A DNA stretch of 64,000 nucleotides from Raillietiella orientalis (Eukaryota). The stretch covers positions 1 through 64,000 of the forward strand of contig JAYWIR010000012.1 of the NCBI GenBank assembly GCA_036172245.1, in the 5' to 3' direction. Below the pieces are notes generated by a model that ran no database searches, was not told the DNA's origin, and saw only the letters and a program-made list of their open reading frames with translations. Positions 38,501-53,744 of this stretch are shown in pieces (position 1 is the stretch's first letter; the number at the start of each line of letters is the position of its first letter). Position numbers and translations under genes: made by a program.

Positions 38501-41500
38501 AGAAAAAACTGAGCCGAAATGTCTGCCTAGGGAAGATTGACAGCGAAAGGTAAGATGAAAAACAACGGCAATTCGTTTGCAAAACCCTAAGTGGAAATTT
38601 TCAATTAGGGAAAACATCCTCTTTAGCTACCTCGCTTCCTTTTACTGACGGAAACTATCACAGAGGAAAGCAGAGTGAGAGGGAGGGACGCCACCGTGCA
38701 AACAAACGATGAAAAGATAAGGGAAAAATTCGCTCTTCTTGACGAAAAACGTCCTCTGAGAGAGCCAATTAGAACGTGTGAGCAGACGTTCCAACTCGGT
38801 CCGGAGATGCACACTTCAGCAGAGAACGCGGACAGCGTAACACTTTGTGCAGTTATCAATGATTCTGCAGATTCTGCGTAAGAGTGTGAAATCATTCTCG
38901 TCGTTTCGGAATCCAGGCCGGAAGCAAAAAGCACTACCAGAGGATGCCATGGGAACGAAGGCGAAATTTTAGCAACGATGCTCATTCTCACGACACGATT
39001 ATCTCTCGGTCTCTCATTTCAAGCAAACGTTCGTAAAATCGCGAGACATTCCATGGGAATCGCAGCTGCGACACCGAGAGCCAAAGGTGTTTATGCAAAG
39101 GAAAGAAGAGCAGTCTCCGAGTAATCCTCTTGAAAGGGAAGCGGCAGGCATTGGGATAACTCTTCAGTGGTGACGATTCCCATAATCTGACTGGGTTCCC
39201 TGCTCCGCGCTCCCAGAGTTTCTGGCCGCAGCTAAAATGCAAGCAGCCGCCAAGTAGAGTTCGCGACTTCACGGTTTCTGTGCAGCATAGAGAAGTGGCT
39301 TCCAGTGTGTGCGGCTCATCCCTACCAGTAGGAGTTTCTTATCGCAGGAGTTCCTCCCCTGTTGGCTCCCATTCACAAGGCAGACAAGTCATGGTTGTTC
39401 TCCAAAGCAGGTTCCCTGCGTTGTGAGCCACGCAAACGATGGACAAAGAAGAGTGTCAGGCATGCGAGGAACGAGGGACATCAAGGAGTTTCGGTAGGGG
39501 ATAGAAAAGAAAGGGACGAGATGAGCGGTCTCATGGCAGCAATAAAAGGTAAAGAAAATCGTCCACTCGTCTTGTGTGTGAACATGCAAAAGCCAGAAAC
39601 GTGCTTAAAAAACCATAGCACCATAGGAATAGTGGAGGTCGGGTATATGGTCGAAAATGCAAAAGAATTATTCAGAAAAGGGAAAGACATGACTCGGGAA
39701 AAGTCAGAGCGCGAAACACGGGCGCCTGCGGAAGAAAGAAACATAGTTTGAATGAGCAACTTCAGTGTATGAAAGATCCGCAAGTTCGGCATGAGGGGTG
39801 GTCGCTGCTAAAAATCTGTGGGTGGTATGGAAAACAGTCCTGAACCTTCGGTTGTCCTTCGCGGTATGGGAGAAGTTGTCATGTTGCTGCTAAATAGCAG
39901 GTGCCACGATTGGGCGCCGCCTCGTGTTCACCAATGGTTACCGCACGGTAGATTCGTGAGGCCATGCTGGCCATGCACTCCGCTCGTCGGCGCGGGTGCT
40001 TGCCGTTGATTTCACTTCAGGAAAAGTGTAGGCGCAGTTTTGCTGCGAACATGGCAAAGCGCATGATGGTGCATTCCACGAGCAAGGGGCGAGGTGGACC
40101 CCTTCGTAGCAAACCAGAAGCAATTGCAAACCCACGACCGATGCTGGCGGGCCTCAGGAGCAATAGTCCTTGCCACCATCGCTGTCGGGTGCCACTTCCA
40201 AAAACTGCTCGATGGTCCTCTTGCACCTCGCATCTCGTAGTGGTCTTTTCCTAACCCTACCGGTTGCAGAGGGGACGGTGCACGCATCTGGAGGCATCGG
40301 TTCTCTTGCGTCGCCCACGCGTGCGCACACATCCAGACTTCAGGGATGAGATGCACGCAGGCGGGCAGGCTGCCCAAACGGATAGCTGGTCGTCACGAAT
40401 GCGAGTGAAGACTTTTGGACGCCTTCCCATAGCCCACCGTATCTGCTGCATCAGCTCCACGCAGTGTCTGGTCAGAATTAGCTTCTGCAGTTGTCCTTGC
40501 TATCTAATTGGTTGTTTCCTACTGAAGCTGCGCGTCTTACGGCCAGCACCTGCTTCGCTTCTGAAGACGATGGACGAGGAGAAAGACACTGTCGACTTGC
40601 ACTCCTTTTCATTTCTAGACACCTCTTCTTCTTCTTCTGTGTTCATTTGTGGGCGTTGGCATGAGCTGGTGTTCCAGCGAACGGGCTAGTGTCCTGCGCC
40701 TCCGCGGTTTGCTCGCTCACGTCCCCCTGACGGCAATGCAAACCAGCAGTCGCCCCGCTCACTCCCGCCCGCACCGCAGAAGATACCACGTAACTCTCGC
40801 TAGTGCGGCTCTGCAGGATTGTATTGAGAAATAGCAGCTAACGCACCTGAAAGCTAGAAACGTCAGTCACTGGCAATGCTCTTGACAGGGAATGTCACAG
40901 GCCCTTCGGTTCCTGCGCCAACCGTTTGCCACAGGTGACGCACCCGCTGAAATCACAACGTGCATGGAGACATTGCCCGGGCCGCTGCTGAGTTTACTCC
41001 ACGGCAACGTCATTTCTGTATCCTATTTGTACTTATCCTAACAAAGCACCGTGCTGCACTTCTGCAGGGGGTGGTTTTCAAACGCAGCCTCAATCTGGCA
41101 AGGAGTCCCAATCAAGTTATTTCGAGGGAGTCTTGGGCTCTATCCAGAGCATCCCCTTTAACAGAGCCGTGAACGCGTTTGCGGAGCACCACTGTCCACG
41201 AGGCTGCCAGCCTCCCGTATTCTGCTGCCTTTTGTTCCACTTCTTAAGTATACAAAGTTGATGCAGGGTTGCCAGTGACTCGCACAGGAGGTATCCGAGT
41301 CGTTCTACTTTTGTATACGCTTCCTCGTTGACTTTTCTATTCCAATGGTAAGGATTCCTGTCTTTATTGATTTCAGCTTCGGTCTCTTCAAAGGAAGTTT
41401 ACGAAAGATCAAAGGCTTCCTTCTCTCTTCGAATTCGTGCATCAGCTCTTCCTCCGCTTTCAGTCCAAGTTCCAGATGACCTAAACTAACTCATAATTCC

Positions 41501-44500
41501 CAGTTAGCCTGGAAAGCAGCAAAGCGTGCGGTGTGCTCGCCTTTATCACATGATCACCTCATGTTGCATCAAGTCTTTTTTTCAGTACCGCAAATCATCA
41601 AAGTTTCCTTCCATTCCCAGCTGCCTTTGAGCTGATACCGATGGCATTCGCATTGAGCGACCCGCCTTCTCCTCGAGGGCTCGCTTCCGAGCAAGGTTCT
41701 TCTTCTTAAGACGTAATGCTCTACCGTGGAGTTTGTATCGAGAGAGAGAGCACCTCACAGCTGCGTGCCGCATGCGTGGTGACGTGGAAAATTTAAGCAG
41801 TGGAGCGTCGTCATGAGCTCTCTCGTTCGGAAGAACGCGCCACGTTCGACGTATAGATTGCAACCACACGGTGCTGGATCCGTGAAGGAGGAGTGCACCC
41901 ACAATTTTGTGATGCTACAACCGGAGGCTGCTAAGTCTCCGAGAACGCAGATGCGTGGCATGCGTCAAAGTTGTCCGGTGACCGTGAGTCAAGCCGACTG
42001 CTGACTTCTCTCTGCTTCCCGATTGAGGAATCTCTGCGTCCCTCATGCAGTAGCAATGAACTGGCGTACATGAAAAGTAACTTTGGTGTTTGCTGCTGCC
42101 TGCTTTTGCTCACTTCAAAGGAAAAGCTGTTGCAACCACTCGCATGGTTTTCAGCAAGGAATCAACATGAGTCCGGTTAAGCTCACATGGTTCCTTGCAC
42201 AGAAGTTCCAGCATCTCGGCTTTCTATCTTCGAAGCCAGGTAATCTAAAGATCCCAGAGAACTCGAGAGTGTTTGTTAGAGGAAGGATTTTATCCTTTCA
42301 TCAAATAAGCAGCTCGGTAAAATTACCGTGACATATGGCGGCATGGAAGGAGAATGCACAGCAACGGATTTCGGTTCCGCCAGATTGCTTGTGCCACCAC
42401 CCTTCTTCGGCATTTCTGTATATCTGCATAATTCTTGAATACACTTCTCGAGATTCGCATCTGCGTTCTGTTTTAGAGCTGCTCTTATTGATCCTGAGGG
42501 CTACAGAAGACTCTTTTTGCTGGAATAAAAATTTCGTTTCTTTTCTTTGAACGGAAGGCTTACTTCGAGAATTAATTAAAACAAACCACGACACACTGAG
42601 GTGGCTGCTGGAGTGAACCGTATAAAGCTCGAATCGCAGCTGTGTGAGATTGGAAAAGCGACGTAAGGCTGCTGGAAAAGGGGCCAACCTTTTATTTTTC
42701 TGGACACTTTGTAAAACTCAATAGAATAAGATATTCGATGTCGTACAGCAGTCCTCACGACGATCTGTAAGAATCTGTGAAAGCATCACGACAGGAAGCA
42801 CACAGTTGCAACCATTGGAACTCAGAGTCCATCCTCGTTTTTTTGCAATCTTTTTCACTGATGGATAAAACTTGTACAGTAAAAAAATGTTAGTTTCAGA
42901 AACCGTTATCATCGTCTTATTTCTGAATCTTCCATTCTGAAGATGTGAGTGCGGAGATTATCCAAAGTGCCATTTTGAAAATATAAGAGTGAACTCTATT
43001 GTGAAGCGCTGCATTGCAAACTGGTCGTCCTGCTACAAACTGGCATTCTTAGAAAAAGGAGACACTGCAGGAATTCGGAAAGCTCCTGTTTACTGGAGTA
43101 TCAATCTTAATTCTGCAAATGGAGAGGCCTTTGGAGGAGATCACCAGGGTGCAAATAAAAGGGTATCTCGAGTTGGCTACTGGGAGCTCCTCATGAAGAA
43201 GATTCTTATTTGTAGTGTTTGAAACCATGAGCATATCTGCGCTTCATCTCCAAAGCAATCTGATACGGAAGAATTCCATTTCCGCACATCAAAGTCACAC
43301 CCTTGACTTTTCCGGCTTGTCTCTGGCACAGAATGATCCCCTGATTTTCTAATCTGGATTGACAAACGTGGAAGGTCAGACAATATTGAGATCGCAAATT
43401 GGGGACTAAGGAGTGACATTCTATGTAGGTATTTGCATTCGTGAAAAGAAATGTGTTTGAACTATTATCTGCGAATAGTTGAGAGTGCGATAACTCCTGT
43501 GGTCCCAGGTTTGAATCCAGGGTATGGCTCTCCATAGGACGATGAAGTTCTGCCTTTCTTTGTAGTATGTTATTTGGGATTTTTTACAATGGTGATGTCA
43601 ACGTTACACGTGGAATATAAAACACTATTGGTCTTTTGAAATGTGCGGAGGCCATTGTGGATGCTTCATGAGAAACAGCACTTTTGTGATCAATGAAAAC
43701 ATCAACATTTGAATTTCATATTCCAATGAATAAATTCGCAATTCGGTCTCCCAAATTGCAGGAATCTTTTATAATTTCCAAAACGAATTCAAGAAGGCTT
43801 CTAGATTAGTGGACCTTGGTGCTGAAAGCCAAGAACTGTCGATTTCAAACAGAGAGTGTATAGTTAAAAGAAGCTGCTAACTCTTGAATCTCAAATCATC
43901 CACAGACAGCGATTATCCACACTTTCAGTGGTAATAATCTGATAATACAAATTCTCTCTTCTCTATGCATTCTGAACTTGATCCAGATGTTTATACAATA
44001 TATATGTATTATTCTAAACATGCTATATGCTCAGAAAGTCTTTGTAAATATATCGATGGGGGGAAAGAAAGTCTTTGTGAAAAAAAATCCTACGCAAGAG
44101 ATGATCTTGTTTGAAACTTCTAATTCCAGAAAATTAGCTTGTAAATTGGACATGATTTGAATGAAAAATGGGCGCAGATGAGCAAAGCATCGTTTTCCAC
44201 CATACGGAATTGCCTTGGCAACCTGCCTACATCTGATGCTCGCTGACACTCAAGATTCGCGTTTTCATTGCCATTGTCACCTGCAAAGAAACGACAAAAC
44301 GATAGACGCTCTCTATGGAAGCTCAGATCTGGTCTGTCTCCTCACGGCAACCGACCTACCACATCCATCTCCGTTCAGCTTGAGAGGCTTCCTTGCAACT
44401 TCTAAAGTTCCTCGTCAACCAACCTTTCGAGCTATCCAAGGACGGCACTTGCCTTTTCAGTCCACCCTCCATCATCAAGTTTCCTGCTGAAGAATTCGTC

Positions 44501-45785
44501 TCAGGTAAATATTCATGCAAGCCTTCTTCCTTTGGTTCTCAACACGTGATGTTAAAGCTAAAGACTGTAGTAAGAACGGTAACCTGTGCTAGCAAACAAC
44601 TGATGAGGTCAATATGCAATGATTTAAGACTTCCCTACGGTTTACCGGAAGTCTCCGTATCGATTGCTCTTAAAGGCGAACCAAATCCAGGAGCCCTTCA
44701 GGTAAGGAAAATGACAGCGGTGCTGATACTTCCACGAACCCATCTGATAAGTACTTTCATAACGAGCTCAAGATGATGTCGCAGCTTCTCATATATATAA
44801 AACTACATCGAGGACTGCTGCAAGAAGATTCCGAGTTATAATGAAAAAAAATCCATTCTCCATAGGCTTCCGCATTTCCATGTCATAGCAACTGAGCCCA
44901 GAAGAGGTCATGCAACAGAAAGAAGCCACAGATGAAGAGCGCTTTGCAAGAAGCGTTTCAATTGAAGCTGGGGGTATATAAGCAGAAGAAACTGTCGTGC
45001 AGGAAGCACGCTGCATCTGCCGGGGAGTAAACCTGTGGTGTTTAGGCAGCTTGCACTTCTTTTGCACACTGCAGGAACACTGGGGAAGGTGGTGAGCAAA
45101 CGGCTGCAGCAAGCTTCACCTTTCGGAACGATTTGGAAACATCGTCCTCTGACCAAAAAACCTGTTTGGCAAGAGCAGATCTCTCTTCATCCGACTGCAC
45201 AGGAAAAACCAAACCATTTGGAATCGTTCGGAAACTTCTGATTCGCAAACCGAGGAATCATTGAGGAAATCACAGTGCCTTCAAAGAACTCATAGCATCA
45301 CAAGAAAGCAGATGGAAAATGCCATGCCCTCTGGAAGGTCACATTTGCGCTCCATATGGGACACTTTGTCAGCATACTCTCCTCTTGTGTTTGTATTGAC
45401 AGAGATGTCTTCAGGGGAGCGTCGTTGACAGTGGACAGCTGATGTTCCCTCGCTTGTTAAGGAAGCGTAGTGAATTGGCTGAAAATGGGGTCAAACATGG
45501 CCTCCTCTCAGTTTTTAATTACACCCCGAATTTCGAGCAGGTTTCTTCGAACTGGAACAGCGATCGGATCGAGGGTTCGTTAACGAGAACGATCAGCTTC
45601 AAGTGCAACCCGGACATCAACCTCCCTATGCATCTCAGTATATTCGTGCAGAGAACTTTTGATGGCCGAAACGGCATCCTTGAAAATTTCGTATGCAAAC
45701 GCAACTTGCTGTGTCTTGCATAGCGTTTCTGTTCGGAGGGCCATTTTAAGTGCCTCCGCAATTTCTCATCTGTTTTCGTTTACAG

Positions 45786-45875
45786 GAGACAAGGAAATGA
45801 GAACATAGTCAAAATGAACGTTCTTCTGGGACTTCTCTTGATCCAGGCTGGTTGTTTCTACGGACAAGCCTCTAG
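45786..45875 (+). other. Candidate start-codon exon encoding a signal peptide (CDS from 45814)
   Basis: Acceptor tgttttcgtttacag, CAAAATG context, MNVLLGLLLIQAGCFYGQAS, donor AG|gtaaag; downstream exons not identified. Confidence 0.35.
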
Positions 45876-46010
45876 GTAAAGCTCTACATCTCGTTTGTTG
45901 TTGATGTGTTCTCATGAAGGAATGTTTGAATGGAGAGTGTTTTGGGTTAGTCGTTCCCTCTTCTATGACTGTCTAAAATGCAAGGCTTCTAAACACAGCT
46001 CGCGAGCGAC

Positions 46011-47100
46011 TCAATCACCCGTTGGGCGTTCTGAAATAACTGAGGGATCTTTCGATTCCAGCTTTGAATAGATACGAAAATCCTTTCGTTCGATGAGAAC
46101 CTGTGATTTCATGTCTTCTTTATGGATGACTGCCAGCGCACTTATCGCTTTGAATTCTTTCGAAACCGTTTCTGAGGAAACCAACGTCTTCAGCCCACTC
46201 AGACTTGAGTCCATCATCATTCTTAGTTGCCAATCGCTCCCACTAAGATGCTGCTCTGAATGGAAGTGAGCGGCTACCGTCACCTCGAATGTCTTCCTTC
46301 TTACTGACTTGAGAGTTCGCTGTTTGCAGGCTTTGAAGTTGAGAGCCCTTATAGTGGACGAATTCCATTCAGAGATGCAAGCAGAGCACTGCAGGTTTTC
46401 AATGTTTGGATTGCTTTCTGATAAACACGGATGGAATGATAGTTCTACGAATTTTTCGAAAGTCACTCTCTTCATATCAAAAATTAATCCACATGCATTT
46501 TTTTCCTCGTGTGCATCCGAATGTTTCTGAATGAGAGTTACTGCGTTTGCAATCTTTTTTTCTAATGAGAAAAGGACTGTGAGTGTTTGACGACTCGTTT
46601 CCTCCTTTGTCCTGGAATACTTGCGGAAGAAGAGAGATGGAAACTTCTTCTGGAGCTCTGCATGGAAGAAGCTGGGAAAATTTGGACTCTCTGCAGTCCC
46701 AACAGAGAGTCGCAATTCCCGCATACGATTGGTGTATTTATTGCCTTCTCATACCATCGTCTTTTCTCTTCTTAGGATGACCTCGCAGAATTCAGAATCC
46801 CCCCAGAAGCGAAAGGAAAGCAAGAAATATGATATACCGTTGTACAGTGATGGCTTGGTGAGTACACATACCCGCACCTGGGTTTCGAAGGTTCGTCACG
46901 TAAAGGTGGTATACCTTTCGGTAAGCATATCGTTGAAACGGCAGATTTCTGCGACACAGTTGACGATATTGATCTCAAAACTTTCAACTACAGCTACCAT
47001 ATGGGATGAAGATGGGTCGAAGTTTGCATTCATGGCACTCTTGACCTACAGGATTTCGAGATTGCTCAGGACGGCCATGCAGCGGTTCTTTTCAATATTT
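46011..47100 (-). pseudogene. Possible decayed coding region of unknown identity
   Basis: 237-codon ORF (46011-46724) in AT-rich DNA, with further protein-like stretches upstream interrupted by stops; no recognisable motif. Confidence 0.25.
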
Positions 47101-50100
47101 CGTTTATTGAATTCAAAAAGTGTAAAGGGGAAAAGGTTTTGCTGAAGGTATTCTTATTTCTTGTGCCGCTGACCAGCAAAATGCCATCGCTTATCTTGGA
47201 ATCTAGAGACAACTGTCTCTACCTACGAATCTTAGAATCACAGACGATACGAAATTCAATTATCTCAGAATAGGGGGAGACCTATTCGACAGACCAATTC
47301 GACCTATTGTTCCGACAGACCATATTTCACCTTGCATTTTGATTACGAAAGAGAAAAGGAAATCATCGTGAAGGAAATGCCTTGCGCGACGTGTGACGTG
47401 TTACGATTTGCATCTGCGCGGAAGGACCAAAAGGGAACCTTCCAGAAGACTGTGTGAAACTTGCGGACATTTAACGCTGAGATGCTCTCTTCTTCTTTCA
47501 GAACAACTACATCACGCTGAAAATAGGAAGCCCTGAGCAAACAGTTTATGTTCTTCCAAATTCCGCACGGTCTTATTTGCTGGTTGCTACTGATGACATC
47601 GATCCCTCTCCACAACAAAATGGTACTCACAGCCGTGTTTCCGATTGGAAATAATTATCCATTCTGCTTTTTAGGCAGAGCTCATGGTTACAATAGAAGC
47701 GCTTCAAAGACGTTTCATTTGCTAGATAAGAATAAATTAGCCAGACGTTTGACTGTGGACAGCATCGGACAAGATGACATTAAAGTGCGTTCTAATACAC
47801 CAACTAAAAACTCTTCTGAGTGCTTTTTTTCTAAGTTTTTCTCATTCTTCCTCAATTGAATTCTGTACTGTGATGCAGTCTTTCTTGAATTTCAAAATAA
47901 AAACCACCACCGAGAGCGTGATATCAGGTATGCCTTCTATTGGTATGCCTTCTATTGGTGGTGTCTTTGTTCTTCTAATTTGAGTCCACAACCGAGAAGT
48001 AGCAAAACATGAAGCTCCTGTATTTTCTATTTCTCGTGATGATCATGCAATGCCATTCTCATGGGGGAACTGAATGATCGAATTATATAATTCTTTGTGT
48101 GTTTCGGTGCCTCATTTTGAGAATGCCGTAGTTTTAGACTTTAGAATAGAACTAAGGGAAAACTTTCTGATTGATTACATTGCACAATGCGCTTGTTATG
48201 TGCTTGCAGGTTAGACGCCATTCTCTCAAGGCTGTTAATTTCACCTTAAAAAAAAGGAGTGGACTTCCACGCTTGCAAAATCTTTCTGGAAACTTTGAAG
48301 GATTACTAGGACTTGCACCTCCTTCAAGGTTCGCGGATCAGAAGACAGTAGCATTTATGAGCACATTCAAAAAGCTTCTACCTTGTCAACTGGGATCAAA
48401 CTTCATGTTTCGCTGGTACAAGTAAGATCCATTTAAAAGAAGCTCTCTTTTCTTAGAGAATGTTTACAATTTTGACATCAGTCGACATATAATTCTCACT
48501 AAGACAATCGATCGAATCTTCATTTTTTGGTTTCGGGAGAAGCAGTCGTCCTCATGGGTGCCAAAAATGGCTGTTGTGGCACCGCGAAAGAAAGTATGCG
48601 CGTCAACTCTGACACCTTCCTGATAAAGAAAGGCAAACACTTTTCATTCAGCAAATTTCTTGCTGCATTTTTTCCCGCGCTATTGTGGGGGTATTGTGCA
48701 TTCCTTCATTTCTCCCCACAAAACAAGATGGCATAGTAGCAGACTCTCATCAAAGCGAAAATATGGTGTTCTAAAATGAAGGGAAATTTCCATCAGATTT
48801 CTCGGTCCTAAGGCGCAATCCGAATTCATGAAGGGATCATCTGCTTTGAAAGAAAAAGTGTATAAACTCTATTATCGTCTTTGGGATGCTTTAAGTGCCT
48901 CTTTCGATCTGAAAGTCTTCTGGGATCGGTGCCCTTCCAATATTTATTTGAACTTTGTACACATCTGCTCAGGAACTTCAGTGTCGTTGTTTTTCCAAAC
49001 CTTCCCTATTCCCTTTTTCCAAAGTCCAAGCACAAAATGAGCACTCACGGAAAGATGAAAAATCAAACAAGAGGTTCTCTCTTCCTTTTGCTTTGAGGTA
49101 ACTCCCATTAGTCTCTCGTGAAAACTCAGATTGCAATCATGAGTGAAATCCGGGATATATCCGAGGCCTTCAGCCTGCACAAAGGATATAAATGCGAAAG
49201 CAATCAGCTGATGAATATCCAGAACGAAAAGACATGCTGAGTTCTAAGAGAAGCGTCAAAGGGCAGCAACATATTCCACGCGTACTCAATTTCGTGCCAT
49301 ATTTTCTCAGTTTCCATCAGCAGATAAACAACGGAAAAGTATCATTCATAGCTGCAAAAAGTACTTTCTGCAAAACGCATGTTACCATCAGTGTATATTT
49401 GTTTGGAAACCCATTTGTGCGATTGCAGCACTACCTGCGAATGAGTTGTGCTGTGAGAAAGACCAATTTCCCTTGAGGATAGACGATTAAAGATTCAATG
49501 TGGGCTTCCCAAGAAGACGTTTCCAAAAATCTAGGAAGATTTGAAGGCAGCTCGGGCATCCGGAAACCATCGAGCCGATCTGAATTTCGTACAGTTTGAA
49601 TGAACACTTTCGTACAGGGGGCAGAGCGGAAAAGAAGACAAATCAAGAAGGCGGCAGAAGTGTTGCGGATCTCTAACGAAGAAGAACGCTTCATTGGTGG
49701 AAACCAGCGTTAATAAGGAAGATAGAAACACCAAGCAATCTTACTGAGCAGCTGCGGCATCGAAGGTCAAATGCTATGACCCATCGAATTGCTATTATCG
49801 TCCTTTATAGACTTGCTTATACTTTCGCTCACATTACAGAACATTTCTCAAGCTACCATGAGGAACCAGATTTCCGTGCCAGTTTTCAACTAAGCCTATT
49901 GCCTTCACAATAGCGATTCTATTTTCACACAGAATGAATTCCTGTGCCTCTAAAAGACACGGCGTTAGCATCTTCTAATCCGTCTCATTTACCTTTCAGA
50001 CAGCCAAAGCAACACCAGCAAGTTGGAAAACTTTCCATAGGAGTTCCTCTGCCGGAATTCGACATGTATGACCTCTTGATTCAAAGCAACAGCATGGACT

Positions 50101-51989
50101 TCTGGAGCTTCAAGATTGGAGAGTAAGATATTGCGAAAACAAATGTAAAGACACTGCTGACCACTCACGCTGTGTCCATGTAGACCGCATATAGGATCAC
50201 AGCTAATCTGCCAGAAGAGCTGTTATTTCGGTTTTTATTTGGAAGACACTGGTCTTTTTCTTTCTAACGAAGCCTATGAAAAATATGTCGAACAAATGAA
50301 AACTGCAGATCGAAGCGGCAGATTTATGAAGGTAGGTCATCGCTGTCAGTTCTTCTGCATTTACCACACTGCTAGTTACCTTGTTCCGAGGGCAACAAGG
50401 TTCCCAAGTTCAGCTTCCTCATGGGACACCGATCATTTTCATTTAATCATAGGGATCTGATGAGGAAGGTAACTGAAATATCGTCCTTGCGAAACACAAG
50501 GAAGGGATTATTTCAGGTCGAATCAAACAGTAGTGCAGTGGACATGTGCGAAGTTCTAATCGAAGCTGATGAAAACCTGTACGACGGAACCATAGGAATA
50601 GGAACCTTTTTCCTAAAACGGAATCCGACGAGATTCTTCCCCGCTACTAGGCAAATTCTCGTGCACGCTCCTGTATATCCATGAAAGGATACCCTTCCCC
50701 ACTGATGCAATAAATAAACGATTTCCTTGAACACCACAAACGCTTGTACACATTCATTCCTTCTTGTTCCAATTCAAAATTCAATCCAGTGAACGAAATG
50801 AAGCGCGCAGGATGGGGCACTCATGCAATTATAATGAAGTTTATATACCAAAATGCGATCAGTACAGAGTGTACAGCGTGGAGAATGCCTTCTTCATGTA
50901 ATGCACTCTACGATGACATGAAATGCAACGTCGACATTCATCTATATTTTTCGGAGACGTTGGCAATGGAAAAATTCCATTTAGAGCGTAACGAGGGAGA
51001 GCAGGCAGCCGTTCTTTGTACTGAGCCTTCACAGCGGGAAACGTTCATTCTTTCTATAGAAATGGCGAAAACGTAAATCAGACGAGGCGAAGATACCTAC
51101 CGAAAATCCCCGTCCAGAATTTCCTTCTGAGAAAGGAACATCATGCAAAAAGACGGTTTCCATTCGTTCGATGTTGCGTTCCTGCACTCAGCTTCCGTTC
51201 GGTCGGCTTCACAACCGTCGTCGGTGCAACTTTTCAGGAGATCCATTCAACTACGCTTCGTCTTCCTTTCGTTGCGTAGATATGGACTCCTGCGACATCA
51301 TCGAGGGTTTCGAAATATTCATGGAGGCGAGGTCAAAGTGCACGCAATCAGACAGTTATACGAGTTCGCTCGATTCGGTCCATTGAAGAGTTTGGTAGCT
51401 TTCCTCACTTGCAGGCCGGCATGGGTTGCGCTCCCCTGGGTAGATTCTTGTCCGTTTTCTCGCAGCGGGAGCAATGTGTTCTCTCTCCCTTCCGTGTGTT
51501 TACGTGTAAGAACTGACCGTGGGAGGACTGTTCGCTCGTGTTTCTCCAGAGCTCCCTCCAACTTCTGTGATTTACGTTTGGTTAAGAGTGGTGACTCATG
51601 AGCAGCAAATGTGATTGAACTGAGTGTATATTGGAGAGGACTCCATGCATGCTCAGTGCCTCCTTGCTTTCTAGGCATGTACCAAGAAAAATTTCCAATA
51701 GTCGGCTTGATATTCTGACAGGGAAGCTTCTTTAGTCAGGCAGACGGAAGAAGGTAGGAGCCACAGGGCATTCAAGAAGGCACTGAACCAAATTCCTGGA
51801 AAGCAGTGAAATCCTGACTTCACGAATCGAGCATGCACATGGAGGCGAAGTACTGCGTGACTCATGCGTGAAGCCCCATCCCCAGGTATAAGGTGTGGAT
51901 TTGTCTCCATCCGACACAAGGATGAAGTCAGGTACACATCGAAATACCTTTCACCATCATTAGACTTCGCAATTCCAACGAAGAAATCT

Positions 51990-53550
51990 GTGCCTGACAG
52001 AACAAACATCTTAAGATACTTGCACACGCGAATGAAATGGGAACATCCAGGAAAACGGGATGAAGATATCTCCGTCGAGGAAGTAAAGAACGTGTTTGAA
52101 GGACTCCGCAAAGATGTGGCAGCAGGCTATGATATTGTTCTCCCCACGCACTATCAGCGTTACCTGCATCCCTATCTGCACCTGTTCCATGAACTAACGC
52201 TCGTAATCAGGGAAGAAGACTCCCGTTTCCATTTCATGAGGAACGGGTGGAGCTGCTGCCAAAAGGAGTCGACCTGTTGGAAATCACCCAATGGAGGACC
52301 ATCACCATTCTTAACACAGACGCAAGGTGGCTGGCCAGGATCTGCGCCAACCGTTTGAGCATCGCGATAGTGCCTCCTCCTACGCAGACATGCTTAGTCC
52401 CAGGACAATGCTTATCCGCAAATGTGAAGTGTGCCCTTCCCACCATCGAGTACTGCCAATATATTGGTGGAAACCTGGTACTAGGGCTCACTGATATGGA
52501 GAAGACGTTTGATACAATGAATCACGAGATGCTGTAAAATATCTTAAGGAAATTGGATTTGTTAAGTTCCTCCTTCCAATATGTGGAGTGGACCCTAGCA
52601 AATCAACAACTTAAGATTCGAATCAATGGGTTGGATATTACAGCAATCTGGATGGAGAGGAGTATAAGCTAAGGTGATGCCCTGAACCTAATGCTGTTCG
52701 TGTTATACATGGAGGCGGTATCAGCAATCGTGGATTGCGGTAACCGTGCTGAAGGATTCAGGATAGACAACCATCAACTGTCACACTTGGTGTATGCGGA
52801 TGATCTCTTGTTCTTCCTCAAGGACGAACGAGAACCACAAGCATTCTAAGGTGTGGTCAAACAAATGGAAAGAGGATTGGGACTCGAAATTAATTCCCGA
52901 AAGAGTCACCTGTTGCCAATCGGGATCATGGACTCTGCTTTGCAAGAGGCTGGATTCCGATTGGCGGAATCTGTTGAATACCTGGGAATCCATGCTGGCG
53001 ACGAGACTGCGTCGCGTTGCCTATGTAAAGAAATCCTGGGCTAGATCAGTGATGAAACCACCAACTACACCCGTATCAAACTCGACATGGAGCAGGGGCA
53101 ACCTTGTGGAACGGCACCCTCGTACTTTACGGAATTGTCTTTTGCCGAATAGATGAGACAAAGGTGGTAATTGAATCTCTACAGAGGAAGATCCTATGGC
53201 AGCAGTATAAACCAAGGGTAAGTCTGAATTGTTGTACTGGCCTCGTAAGCATGGCGGGACTAAGATGAAGCTCCTGGAACATTCCGTGGAGTCCACAGAT
53301 GCGTAACAACTCCTGGATCTCACCAGAAACTGAGAAACCTGGCCTTGAGCAGCGCTTCGGGCGTACTAGAAATTGTTGAACAACTCGAGGGACCCGATGT
53401 CCGCTCTCATAGGGTCCACTGTAAAATGGATGCAGATCAACTCCACCTGGCGACGTAAATAAGCACTGTTGAAAACTCACCATTTCAAAATCATGTCTCG
53501 AAGTACTGAAATCTGGTATGAGGTACTGGCTCTGGTGATACCTCACTTTA
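51990..53550 (+). mobile_element. Old L1/Tx1-like LINE RT relic from a distinct, lower-GC family
   Basis: ISVEEVKNVF...AAGYD, LLPKG...WRTITILNTD, DMEKTFD, S*GDALN, YADD (~52793-52804), LEINSRKS, EYLGI; multiple stops and frameshifts; 3' limit uncertain. Confidence 0.88.
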
Positions 53551-53744
53551 TCTCGATCCCGAGGGATACCGTGAGTTTGTTACACCAAAGGCCACGCTTG
53601 ATCGTTAGATGTTGTGAGCAGTGCTCCACTAGTGCCAGCCGGCACCAAGTGAGACTGCATCGACTGACCATGAGCTTGCGAGGTTCCTTCAACCATCGAA
53701 CCGGAGAGCTTTGAAATCAGCAGCCACATCAGTCGTGACAGCTG

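Noticed and set aside
39200..40450. Faint LINE zinc-finger-like remnants
   Set aside because: Too degenerate to assign strand, family or boundaries by eye
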